32,000 nucleotides of DNA from Candidatus Atelocyanobacterium thalassa isolate ALOHA (GTDB lineage Bacteria > Cyanobacteriota > Cyanobacteriia > Cyanobacteriales > Microcystaceae): positions 1,411,807 through 1,443,806 of the forward strand of contig NC_013771.1 of assembly GCF_000025125.1 (NCBI RefSeq), given 5' to 3'. How positions within the stretch are numbered: position 1 is the first letter of the stretch; the number at the start of each line of letters is the position of its first letter. Shown here in pieces: positions 1 to 9,551 of this stretch. The notes beneath the pieces were generated by a model. That model was not told where the DNA came from, did no database searches, and saw nothing but the letters and a program-made list of their open reading frames with translations. The position numbers were made by a program, and so were the translations under genes.

Positions 1-1
1 A

Positions 2-544
2 TATATCTACGATCGTCTACCAATGCCTAATACTTCAAGGTTTCAAGAAACTTTAATACTACACATAAAAAAGATCGTTCATGGTAGTTATAGTCAATTA
101 AAACCTATCTTAATTATTATTGATGATATTCCCCTTAAAAAGAAAGTTGCAGTTTCTCTAACTTCAGAATTTGGATCAAAAATAAAAATAGAAAAGATCA
201 AAATTGAAAATAACTATATATTAATTAGTAGTTGGAAATTTTGGAAAAATAATCAAGATAAATTACCACCACCCAAATTATTAATTATTGCAACTTTACC
301 ATTTCCATCTTTAGAAAATCCTCTAGTTTCTTCAAAAGTGAATTACTATAAAAAACAATATAAAGATTGGTTTTATTCATATCTCTTACCAACTGCGTTG
401 CAAGAAATGCAACGTTCACTTATTTCACTTAGAGCATCTAAAGGAACGATTACCCTATTAGATAATAGAATTAATTATCGTAGCTATGGAAAAAGGTTCC
501 TAGCCGCTCTTCAACCTTATGTTAAGATCAGCTATATAAAATAA
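2..544 (+). CDS. DinG/Rad3-type ATP-dependent helicase, C-terminal fragment (gene enters from upstream of the window)
   Basis: The frame is open from base 2, with no stop before the listed Met at 23, so the 5' end lies outside the window. The tail LLIIATLPFPSLENPLV...YLLPTALQEMQRSLISLRASKGTITLLDNRI resembles the DinG helicase_C_2 region (KLPF..P.DP ... LP.A...L.Q..GRLIR...G....LD.R). The QGxGR motif is degenerate here. Confidence 0.5.
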   Translation, partial: YIYDRLPMPNTSRFQETLILHIKKIVHGSYSQLKPILIIIDDIPLKKKVAVSLTSEFGSKIKIEKIKIENNYILISSWKFWKNNQDKLPPPKLLIIATLPFPSLENPLVSSKVNYYKKQYKDWFYSYLLPTALQEMQRSLISLRASKGTITLLDNRINYRSYGKRFLAALQPYVKISYIK

Positions 545-599
545 AGATAATTAAATATATTAACCTTTTATTTATATCGCGCTATTAGGAGATAACTGC

Positions 600-1993
600 T
601 TGTCATATATCTTAAGAACTCTTGCATATAGATCAAAAGAAAACTGGATAATAAGTCATAATTCCGAAAAATTTCATCAGATTACTAAAATCTATATAGA
701 TAGGTTCATATCAATAAAAAAAAACCAGAATAATCCTAGAATTATCTTAATTCAGAATCAAAACAATCACCTTAATTTTTTATCTGCGTTCTTAGCAGCA
801 AATATCACACAATGCCATGTTTTTTTATGTAGTAAGAAAAATGGCAGGATAATGAATGGGTAGAAGTTCTAAATTTAATAAAACCACACTTTATACTAGG
901 AAACAATCATTTAACTGATGACAATTTTAATTGTTCATATTATAAACATGAAATTAATAATGTTAGTTTGCCTAAGAGTAGTTTAATTATGATTCCAACA
1001 GGTGGAACATCAGGAAAGATACGTTTCACAATCCATACATGGGATACTTTGTCTTCTTCAGTATGGGGCTTTTCAAAATTTTTTGGACTAAAAGAAGTTA
1101 ATACCTTTTGTGTATTACCTCTTTATCATGTTAGCGGCTTAATGCAGTTTATTCGTTCTTTTCTAGTTGGTGGACAAATTGTTATATATTCCTACAATAC
1201 ATTAAAAAGTAATTTTATTCCTTCAATTAAAAGAGAAAAAACTTTTATTTCACTAGTTCCTACGCAATTTAAATTTTTGCTAACAAATAATCTTCACTTC
1301 TTGCGTAAATTTGCAACTATATTATTAGGAGGAGGACCTTCTTGGAGTTACCTATTAGAAGAAGCTCGAAAGCATGGCCTAAATTTATCATTAACTTATG
1401 GTATGACTGAGACAGCATCTCAAGTTGTCACTTTAAAATCTAGAGATTTTTTAAAAGGTAATAATAGTATTGGTCGAGTTTTGCCTCATGCAATAGTGAA
1501 CATAAATAAAAAAGAAAAAGTAATTCAAATTAATTCGAATTCATTATTTTATGGATATTATCCTAGTTATTCTCGGCAACAAAATTTTATTACTGATGAT
1601 CTAGGATATTTTGATAATAAAAAATACTTATATCTAACTGGAAGAAATAGTCAAAAAATAATTACAGGTGGAGAGAATGTTTTTCCGTTAGAGATTGAAA
1701 ATGCGATTTTAGAAACTAATTTGGTTAAAGACGTTTGTGTACTAGGCATTGATGACAACTCATGGGGAGAATCAATAGTAGCTATTTATGTCCCTAAAAA
1801 GGATGATACTAGCACTGAAGCTATCAAATATTTAATCAAGCTAAATTTGATAAATTTGAGTGCTTACAAACGACCTAAACATTGGATAAGAACTAAATGT
1901 CTATCATACAATGAACAAGGTAAATTGAATTATCAAGAACTCAGAAAAATGGCTCAAAAATTTATTTTAAACAAAATAATGCAGGGACTATGA
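600..1993 (+). pseudogene. menE: o-succinylbenzoate-CoA ligase (MenE, AMP-binding superfamily); reading frame broken once at A-run 837-841
   Basis: ORF 968-1993 carries the adenylate-forming motifs IPTGGTSGK and YGMTETASQ plus a C-terminal K(R)PK region. ORF 600-863 (...NFLSAFLAANITQCHVFLCSKK) looks like the MenE N-terminus. Frame 2 is open from 836 and reads EKWQDNEWVEVLNLIKPHFILG, which continues the N-terminal ORF after a frame change in AAG-AAAAA-TGG. The 5' start is uncertain: TTG at 600 is the first start-like codon after the stop at 561. Confidence 0.7.
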
Positions 1994-2010
1994 GAATAGT
2001 TCCCTGCATT
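1978..2010. terminator. Stem-loop between convergent menE and petF; likely shared terminator
   Basis: AATGCAGGGACTAT (1978-1991), loop GAGA, ATAGTTCCCTGCATT (1996-2010). This gives a 14-bp stem with one bulged T and overlaps the menE stop codon (1991-1993). Read on the minus strand it is followed by ATTTTGTTT, which fits termination of petF. Confidence 0.5.
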
Positions 2011-2045
2011 AACTTATGCACTAACAATTTTAACTGAGATTAAAA

Positions 2046-2345
2046 TTAATAAAGTGTTTCTTCTTGATGAGTCATGATAACACAGTCAGATGTAGGATAA
2101 GCAACACAAGTAAGAACAAACCCTGCTTCTATTTGATCATCATCTAGGAAGGATTGATCAGATTGATCGACACTTCCTGAAAGTAATTTACCAGCGCAAG
2201 TAGAACAAGCGCCTGCTCGACAAGAGAAAGGTATTTCTAAACCTTCTTCTTCAGCTACATCTAGGATATACTCATCTTCTGGAACTTCCAGAGTAGAATT
2301 AATTCCTTCTTCTTCGTTAGTCAAAGTTACTTTATAAGTTGCCAT
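2046..2345 (-). CDS. petF: plant-type [2Fe-2S] ferredoxin
   Basis: 99 aa starting MATYKVTL. It has the canonical cluster ligands in [11 protein letters not shown]...LTC and the C-terminal ...QEETLY. ATG start with AGGAGA 5 nt upstream. Confidence 0.95.
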   Translation of the reverse strand: MATYKVTLTNEEEGINSTLEVPEDEYILDVAEEEGLEIPFSCRAGACSTCAGKLLSGSVDQSDQSFLDDDQIEAGFVLTCVAYPTSDCVIMTHQEETLY

Positions 2346-2350
2346 GATTG

Positions 2351-2356
2351 TCTCCT
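2351..2356 (-). promoter_or_regulatory. Shine-Dalgarno of petF (AGGAGA)
   Basis: The minus strand reads GAAGAGGAGACAATC-ATG, a 5-nt spacer. Confidence 0.6.
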
Positions 2357-2656
2357 CTTCTCAAGTGAAGAATATTTTATCTTGACAATAAAATTCATAT
2401 ATTTGAATTTTACTGATAAATATCTACTACCTTTGATACTAAGGGAAAAAACTCTTAAGCATAAGGAGGGATTAGTAATCAGATTCTTAAACAGACTTCA
2501 AATAAGTTTTACTTATGTTTCTTTCCATTACATAAAAATATAAGAGGCAATTTAACCCTATTTTTTAAATTTTTCTAAAAAGTAAAAACTATTTTGATAA
2601 CTTGAGTCTATCTACATCTTACATCAAGGATATAGACAAACTCAGGGTATTGATTT

Positions 2657-5068
2657 TTAATCTTTTTTAAGTTGATAGTAAACACCCCAAATAGCCATAG
2701 CACGTAAATAATGAGATGCTCTAAAAGTCCCTACTGGTGTAATTGCTTCAGGAGTTCTAAACTGTAGTCCATTCGCATATATTTGTTCAACTACAACTTT
2801 TGTTAACTCTAAAGCCTGATTCTTCATTCCCATTTGTATTAAAAAAGCTGCTAATCCGAAATTTATTCCTACCCAAACTTCTTGAGGATGAGTAGAATTA
2901 GGATTTTCTGGTGTACCATCAGACCTTACTCCGTTGGCAGCTCCATATTGTCCATCATAAAAGTTTAAAAAACAGGCTTCGTAAATTTTTGACAAAGCTG
3001 ATATTGTACAAGAAGTATCCACTACATCAGGCAAATTTAATAGGCGTGCATAAAATTGGCCACAAAGCTGATCCGTCATAATTGTATCAGAACCACTTTT
3101 GCTATCTAATTGATAATATTCTCCGTTCCATAAAGTCTCATGATAAATTAAGCGAGATTTCTTTAACCAATCATCATATTTGGTAAGATTTTCTTGTATG
3201 AAAGCTAAAGAATTTTGCAAATCTGGATGGGAATTGTTTTCACTATTTTTCAGTAAAATCTTTCCTATGCCAATAGCAGCCTCCAAAGCAGTAATCCATA
3301 AGGCACCACAATATGAACTAATTCCATGTAACTGCCAATCATCAAAAGTTTGGTCAGGCGCTCCTGAGTTTTCTGGAATACCATCGTCATCTAGGTCAAA
3401 CTTTTTCAAGTAATCTAATGTTTCAACTATAGCTGGCCAACATTCCTGTAAAAAATTGATATCTTGAGAATCTGTCAACAAAAAATCTCTATAGACTTGT
3501 AAAACAAAATCACTACCTAAATCTTTCCACAAATTACAATCTTGATAGCTAGTATAGTTTGTTTCTTCCCAAGGGTGTTCGTTCGGTGCACCTAAATCAT
3601 GAGGAACTGCGCCTTTAACTTTCCTAGGGGCAAGAGATCTGTCATAACCAATAAGTCTTAGAGTATGATCACTTTTAGAAATTGATTCTGCGAATGTTTT
3701 GATAACTGCTTTCTCTAGAGACGGCCATAATGCTAATAATCCGAATGATCCATACAATCTAACATCTAAACTTTCATACCAACGATAATCTATACATTCT
3801 AGAACTCCAAATTTACCAACTGGATAAGATTTAGAAGATGTTGTCCAAAGAGTCCCGCCGTCAGTTAATAGATACAGCTCGTTAAACAGAGCCATTTTAA
3901 ACCAGTCTGGTAAATCTTTATCATTTAAGATGGGTAATTGATATTCAAGAATTTGCTCTCGCCATATATTTAAAGACTTTAGTCCAGTTTCTGCTATCAT
4001 CCATGCATTTTTACCATTAATACCAAAGAAATCAGTGTACCGTCTATGATATTGATTACCAAGGGAAAATTCTGTAATAGGTAAATCCCAAGCTAGAGTA
4101 AAAGGTATTTTTTTAACTTCTCCGGGTTTAATAACAAATTTAACCGCCATAGCAGCAGCTATTTGTTCATCTGGCTTAGCTATGGTCTCATCTAATGTAT
4201 TTGGTAATGTTCCACTTGCGGAGAAATGATCCCAAACTTCAGAGCCATTACCAGAAGGATTCCATTTACCTAAATAGGAAAATTCTAGATCTGGATCATG
4301 AGCAGTAGCGAAACATATTTGGCCTTCGCCTTCACTTATAGAATCATTTACGCGTAAACGATCTAAGATAAAACCAAATTGAGAACTACTTTGTTTCCAC
4401 TTGTTAAAATTTCCTTGACTAAAACCTAATTGCGGCGAATATTCGTATTCAGGACTACCATCATCTCTAACTTCAATTTTGGGAGTCTTGATCGAATTTG
4501 TAAACCAACCTATCATATTTTGCCAAGTTAGCATAATGCTTAAAGTAATAGGCTGATCCGTAGGATTAGATACTGTCCATTCAAAAATACCTATAGGATA
4601 GCTAGTCTCTTGATAATTATCAGGAATAATAGGTGAGAACTGTTCACAAACTATTTTTGCTTCAAATATTCCTTCATATTGATACCAACTACGAGGATAC
4701 AATGCATAATAAGTTCCTTTATTCTTTGGATACCAATTCCATTTAGATAAAGTCTTATCTTCTGGCTCTTTCGTTGATAATGCATAAGCTTTAGTTTTTC
4801 CATCTTTTAATTCTTCAAAAATACTAAATTGACAAGATGAAATAGTTTTAAAAACATGCTCTCCACCATCTAAATGCCATAAATTAAAATCTCCGGCAGA
4901 AGAACGACCAATGCAACCTGCTCCAAAGCCTCCAATTGGCATTCCATGCCAAGGGCCATCATCTAGATTGCTAGGATATCTTACAGTGTATGGATTGCCC
5001 CAACCCTTCCCAATAGAACGTTGCCAGCTACAGGAAGGGATATCGGTACCAAAAGATGAGTTCTTCAT
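2657..5068 (-). CDS. GH116 / GBA2-type beta-glucosidase (glucosylceramidase-like, DUF608 catalytic domain)
   Basis: 803 aa. The N-terminal region MPIGGFGAGCIGRSSAGDFNLWHLDGG and the C-terminal DGIPENSGAPDQTFDDWQLHGISSYCGALWITALEAA block are, from my memory of the family, typical of non-lysosomal glucosylceramidase / bile-acid beta-glucosidase homologues found in cyanobacteria. Confidence 0.8.
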   Translation of the reverse strand: MKNSSFGTDIPSCSWQRSIGKGWGNPYTVRYPSNLDDGPWHGMPIGGFGAGCIGRSSAGDFNLWHLDGGEHVFKTISSCQFSIFEELKDGKTKAYALSTKEPEDKTLSKWNWYPKNKGTYYALYPRSWYQYEGIFEAKIVCEQFSPIIPDNYQETSYPIGIFEWTVSNPTDQPITLSIMLTWQNMIGWFTNSIKTPKIEVRDDGSPEYEYSPQLGFSQGNFNKWKQSSSQFGFILDRLRVNDSISEGEGQICFATAHDPDLEFSYLGKWNPSGNGSEVWDHFSASGTLPNTLDETIAKPDEQIAAAMAVKFVIKPGEVKKIPFTLAWDLPITEFSLGNQYHRRYTDFFGINGKNAWMIAETGLKSLNIWREQILEYQLPILNDKDLPDWFKMALFNELYLLTDGGTLWTTSSKSYPVGKFGVLECIDYRWYESLDVRLYGSFGLLALWPSLEKAVIKTFAESISKSDHTLRLIGYDRSLAPRKVKGAVPHDLGAPNEHPWEETNYTSYQDCNLWKDLGSDFVLQVYRDFLLTDSQDINFLQECWPAIVETLDYLKKFDLDDDGIPENSGAPDQTFDDWQLHGISSYCGALWITALEAAIGIGKILLKNSENNSHPDLQNSLAFIQENLTKYDDWLKKSRLIYHETLWNGEYYQLDSKSGSDTIMTDQLCGQFYARLLNLPDVVDTSCTISALSKIYEACFLNFYDGQYGAANGVRSDGTPENPNSTHPQEVWVGINFGLAAFLIQMGMKNQALELTKVVVEQIYANGLQFRTPEAITPVGTFRASHYLRAMAIWGVYYQLKKD

Positions 5069-5274
5069 AGATTTATATGATAAAAGTAAGTATTAAACTA
5101 GGATTATTTTTAAAATTCTAAATTTTTTTGATATTTAATTAACATAGATTATAAAGCTTATAATTTGTGCTAATCATAAAAAAATACTATAGATATAGTA
5201 GGCGAAAATAGTCATTGATTAGATAAATTAAATAATGAAATCGCCATAAATAATTAAATTTATTTATTAATAAC

Positions 5275-6411
<1,137 letters not shown>

Positions 6412-6552
6412 CTAATGTATAACGTAAGCGTTATTCATTGCCCAAACAATTAATGCGCCAATAAAACCAAACACGAGGAAAGCCGAAATAGCAACTAGAA
6501 CAGGATTATCAGCTCCTTCAAACTTCATAGAGCCACGATTTAAATCTGACAT
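6412..6552 (-). CDS. small hypothetical tail-anchored membrane protein (46 aa); below the ORF-track length cutoff
   Basis: ATG at 6552, TAG at 6412-6414. Product is MSDLNRGSMKFEGADNPVLVAISAFLVFGFIGALIVWAMNNAYVIH: a polar N-terminus plus one clean TM helix. It lies 33 nt upstream of, and in frame with, the DUF21-CBS gene. I do not recognise a family. Confidence 0.35.
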   Translation of the reverse strand: MSDLNRGSMKFEGADNPVLVAISAFLVFGFIGALIVWAMNNAYVIH

Positions 6553-6765
6553 ATAGATTAACCTTCTAAAAACTAATGTTAACTAAATTAGCACGTATTA
6601 ACAATATAAGTTAACTGTACTCTAACTATTAAAAAGATCGCACAGTACTTACATTTATATGTATTTCCTGCTTACGTATATTACAATATAAATATGAAAT
6701 AATGAAAATTTAATTATTCAATTAATAGTAAAAATATTATATTTAACCTATCAATATCCATTGTT

Positions 6766-6810
6766 AGTAGTACTTTAAATCAAAAGTATCTTTGATTTAA
6801 AGTGCTACTA
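6766..6810 (-). terminator. Long stem-loop 10 nt downstream of rpmF
   Basis: TAGTAGTACTTTAAACAAAAG (6766-6786), loop TAT, CTTTGATTTAAAGTGCTACTA (6790-6810). About 18 of 21 positions pair, counting one G-U. There is no clear U-tail, so it is either a terminator or a stabilising 3' hairpin. Confidence 0.45.
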
Positions 6811-6819
6811 GAAAATAAC

Positions 6820-6999
6820 TTACTCTTCTTCTTCTTCAGCTTCTTCATCTTTTGGATATACAAAGCTATTGGAACGGCCAGAAAGAACCGATTTTCCGAG
6901 AGATAGTGCTTTAGCAGCCTGTAAAGCCGCTGTACGTTTCCAGTGTGCTTTACGATGGTCTCGTTTTGAATTAGAAGTCTTTTTCTTAGGAACTGCCAT
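6820..6999 (-). CDS. rpmF: 50S ribosomal protein L32
   Basis: Not in the ORF track (59 aa). The minus strand gives [59 protein letters not shown]. The [10 protein letters not shown]...R.H signature is diagnostic for L32. Confidence 0.9.
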   Translation of the reverse strand: MAVPKKKTSNSKRDHRKAHWKRTAALQAAKALSLGKSVLSGRSNSFVYPKDEEAEEEEE

Positions 7000-7311
7000 T
7001 AGATTTGATTATAAATTAGTAAATAGCTTACTTATTGTACTGTACATCAAAGTTTATTAGCTAGCTTGATAATCAATTAATTAAAAAATTTCTTCCATAG
7101 ATAAATAAACAAACAAATTAAAAAATATTTAGCTAGCTTTAATGACAAGAGCTTAATGAGAAAATTAAAATTTCAGAAATACTATTCAATAATTTTCTCT
7201 CTAAATCCTATTAAATAATGTTTAGACAGCTGAGAAATTAATTTTTAAATTAGCCTAGATACAAAATAGTTGAAAAAATATAATAATATTTTATTTGATG
7301 CATACATGTAT

Positions 7312-8949
7312 TTACCTGATTGAATACTTAGATGATTTATATGGTTTTAACAAAGATTTTGCTTCATAAAAATAAAGAGTTTCAACGGTCACTCCTCCCC
7401 GTTTCATATCAACTTTCCCAATTTCTTTCATCTCTTTAAAAAAATCGCGAAATTCATTAGTCAAGCCAGGCATTTCATGAAACCGCTTCAATGTAATATA
7501 AAGAGCATCCTTCCCTACTAATTGATTCATATTTGTCCAAAAAGTAAAACCTCTTCTGTCGTAACTAAAACAAGTTACAGGAATAGATTTCAAAGGTCTT
7601 AAAGCAAGGTCAATTAAACCACTTAAATAATAAGCATTTGTAAATATAAAATCAGAATTTTGTAAAGCTTCTAGCAGCATAGGTGAATCAGAGACTTCTT
7701 CTTTAAGTTGCTTTACATTAATAAGTTCTGTAGAAGGATCGGTCTTAGTATTTAAAAATCCTCCTAAAATTGCATATCTACTTCCTTGTAACAAAAACCC
7801 TGTATTGATATGAGCTAATATTAATAGTAATAAACAACTAATTAAAACTATATTGATTTTTAACCATTTTTCTATTGTCTTTTTTGAGTTATCCTGCCAT
7901 TTTTCTACATAAAAACCTAATAATAGTATCAAACTCCAAAATCCAGGCATTGGCCAGGTTGCTAAAATTTGTTCTTTGCCTCCCAAAATATTTAAACCTA
8001 GTATTAATGGTAAAGACATCCAAAGTATAAACAACTTCTTCCTTGATAAATACTTTTCATCTTCTGTTCTAATTTTATTATTTATAGATGTAGATATTTC
8101 TGTAAATACTGTTTTTATAGTTACCCACCATAAAGGAATACCAATTGTGGGAAATAATAAACCAATATTAGTTAAAAAAGCATTAAAAATTTTTAAAACA
8201 CTATAGGGTTTAGAAACATTGGGAACAGATGAAAACCGATCAAAAAGTTGAAATCTCAAAGATACCCAATCATGCTGATAATTCCAAAATATTAAAGGAA
8301 ATAATACTGTAACAAAGGAAGCAAATCCAAGTAGACACCAACTTGATAGTACAGCACGACGATAAATTCGATTACTTAAACAAAATGTAAATAAACAAAA
8401 ACCTAATACAAAGCCATGATATTTACTTAAGCAAGTTAATCCAATTAAAACTCCGAGAATACTTAAGCGGTATGTAGGACGATAGTTTATATTTTTCTTA
8501 GGAAACAATTCACAAGTAGCACAGTATATAGATGCAGACCAAAAAAAGATAAGAGGACTATCAGGTAATGTTATTACTCCAAAGCCGATTTGAAAAATTG
8601 GAATAATCGAAGCAAGAATTAATGTTATTTTGGCTGTTTTTTGATTGAATAACCTTAAACTAATTAAATATAGTAAAAATAAACTTCCTGTATATAAAAG
8701 TAATGTTCCAATTCGAAGAGTAAATGGGGAAGTAATACCTGTGAACCAGATACCGAAACCAGTTGTTAAGGATACGAATAGAGGATGATCAAAAAAACTC
8801 CAATCTAAATTTTGAGTATAGAGATAATAATACCCTTCGTCATAACCAGGAAATAACCAAAAAGCAATGATTGCACGAAAAAATAGTCCGAAAAGTAAAA
8901 TATAAAAAATTGATAATTGATTGTCTGAAAAAATATTCTTTTTATACAA
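7312..8949 (-). CDS. GT39/GT83-type (ArnT/PMT-like) membrane glycosyltransferase
   Basis: 545 aa. There are about 10 or more hydrophobic segments, an N-terminal loop PGYDEGYYYLY...FDHPL typical of dolichyl/undecaprenyl-phosphate-sugar transferases, and a soluble C-terminal domain. The start is TTG at 8949, with no in-frame ATG between it and the upstream stop at 8977-8979. Confidence 0.7.
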   Translation of the reverse strand: MYKKNIFSDNQLSIFYILLFGLFFRAIIAFWLFPGYDEGYYYLYTQNLDWSFFDHPLFVSLTTGFGIWFTGITSPFTLRIGTLLLYTGSLFLLYLISLRLFNQKTAKITLILASIIPIFQIGFGVITLPDSPLIFFWSASIYCATCELFPKKNINYRPTYRLSILGVLIGLTCLSKYHGFVLGFCLFTFCLSNRIYRRAVLSSWCLLGFASFVTVLFPLIFWNYQHDWVSLRFQLFDRFSSVPNVSKPYSVLKIFNAFLTNIGLLFPTIGIPLWWVTIKTVFTEISTSINNKIRTEDEKYLSRKKLFILWMSLPLILGLNILGGKEQILATWPMPGFWSLILLLGFYVEKWQDNSKKTIEKWLKINIVLISCLLLLILAHINTGFLLQGSRYAILGGFLNTKTDPSTELINVKQLKEEVSDSPMLLEALQNSDFIFTNAYYLSGLIDLALRPLKSIPVTCFSYDRRGFTFWTNMNQLVGKDALYITLKRFHEMPGLTNEFRDFFKEMKEIGKVDMKRGGVTVETLYFYEAKSLLKPYKSSKYSIR

Positions 8950-9333
8950 AATATAAATTAGTAAATATTTTATTAACTATATAAAGTAGTAAGTGTAGCA
9001 TTCTTTATATTGATTCTGTAAATATTTATCGTTTAAAAATTTTTATAAATTTAATTGTTTATGCTCTGAGTTTTTAAAGCTTTATAAAATCGTTATGCAC
9101 AAATAGTAAATTAACTGAAATAGTTTAATTTGTTGTATGTTAATTTCTGATATTTAGAATACTTTTTACGAATGAAGACATAAATCCACAATCCCCGTAA
9201 AATGGTGTTTTTAGGTGATCTCTTAAGGCTGAATCACTATTTCATTATAAAAAATATTTTAATATTTTAGATTTTAGTAATGTTTTCCAGTACGATGGAA
9301 TAAATATATCTATTCAGTTATAAGGAAAATATC

Positions 9334-9450
9334 ATGATTGAACCCCTACTTATGGGAATTGTATTAGGACTTATTCCGATTACTTTGTCTGGATTGTTTG
9401 TCTCTGCATATTTGCAATATAAACGTAGTAACCAACTTAACTTGGATTAA
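9334..9450 (+). CDS. petG: cytochrome b6-f complex subunit 5 (PetG)
   Basis: Not in the ORF track (38 aa): [38 protein letters not shown]. It matches the conserved PetG pattern M.EPLL.GIVLGL...TL.GLF..AY.QY.R. Confidence 0.9.
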   Translation: MIEPLLMGIVLGLIPITLSGLFVSAYLQYKRSNQLNLD

Positions 9451-9461
9451 GTTTTTATGTG

Positions 9462-9501
9462 ATTTATCAGACCCTATTATTAATAATAGGGTCTGATAAA
9501 T
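9462..9501 (+). terminator. Perfect 19-bp inverted repeat downstream of petG
   Basis: ATTTATCAGACCCTATTAT (9462-9480), TA, ATAATAGGGTCTGATAAAT (9483-9501). It starts 12 nt after the petG stop. Confidence 0.7.
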
Positions 9502-9551
9502 CAATTCTAATCATGTTCTTTTGATTAAGTTCAAGCTAAATATATAAATAC

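Noticed and set aside
834-844. Programmed ribosomal frameshifting or transcriptional slippage as the explanation for the menE and prmA breaks
   Set aside because: Neither site has a canonical X XXY YYZ heptamer, a hungry or stop codon, or a downstream structure. A4-A5 runs are too short for the efficient polymerase slippage reported for tracts of about 9 or more A. The prmA site (CCA AAA G) could in principle allow a +1 Lys-tRNA slip, but nothing suggests a stall.
3180-3413. Tracked + strand ORFs 3180-3413 and 4911-5096 inside the GH116 gene
   Set aside because: They lie antisense within a long, well-supported CDS. They have low-complexity or odd composition and no start context, so they are typical shadow ORFs.
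5197-5207. 11-mer AGTAGGCGAAA shared by two spacers (5197-5207 and 19020-19030)
   Set aside because: The flanks do not align and the orientation relative to neighbouring genes is inconsistent. A rough estimate says several such 11-mer coincidences are expected in 32 kb searched on both strands.
6869-7060. 63-aa + strand ORF
   Set aside because: It is antisense to rpmF, whose L32 translation is unambiguous.
7976-8206. Shadow ORFs antisense to other genes: 7976-8206 (GT39), 10349-10645 (PucC-like), 12027-12239 and 12267-12509 (M50), 12939-13121 (murQ), 18367-18564 (dnaK), 23568-23837 (cobK), 30418-30627 (potD-like), 31343-31546 and 31552-31743 (TRAP SBP)
   Set aside because: Each lies wholly inside a recognisable gene on the opposite strand and has no family resemblance.
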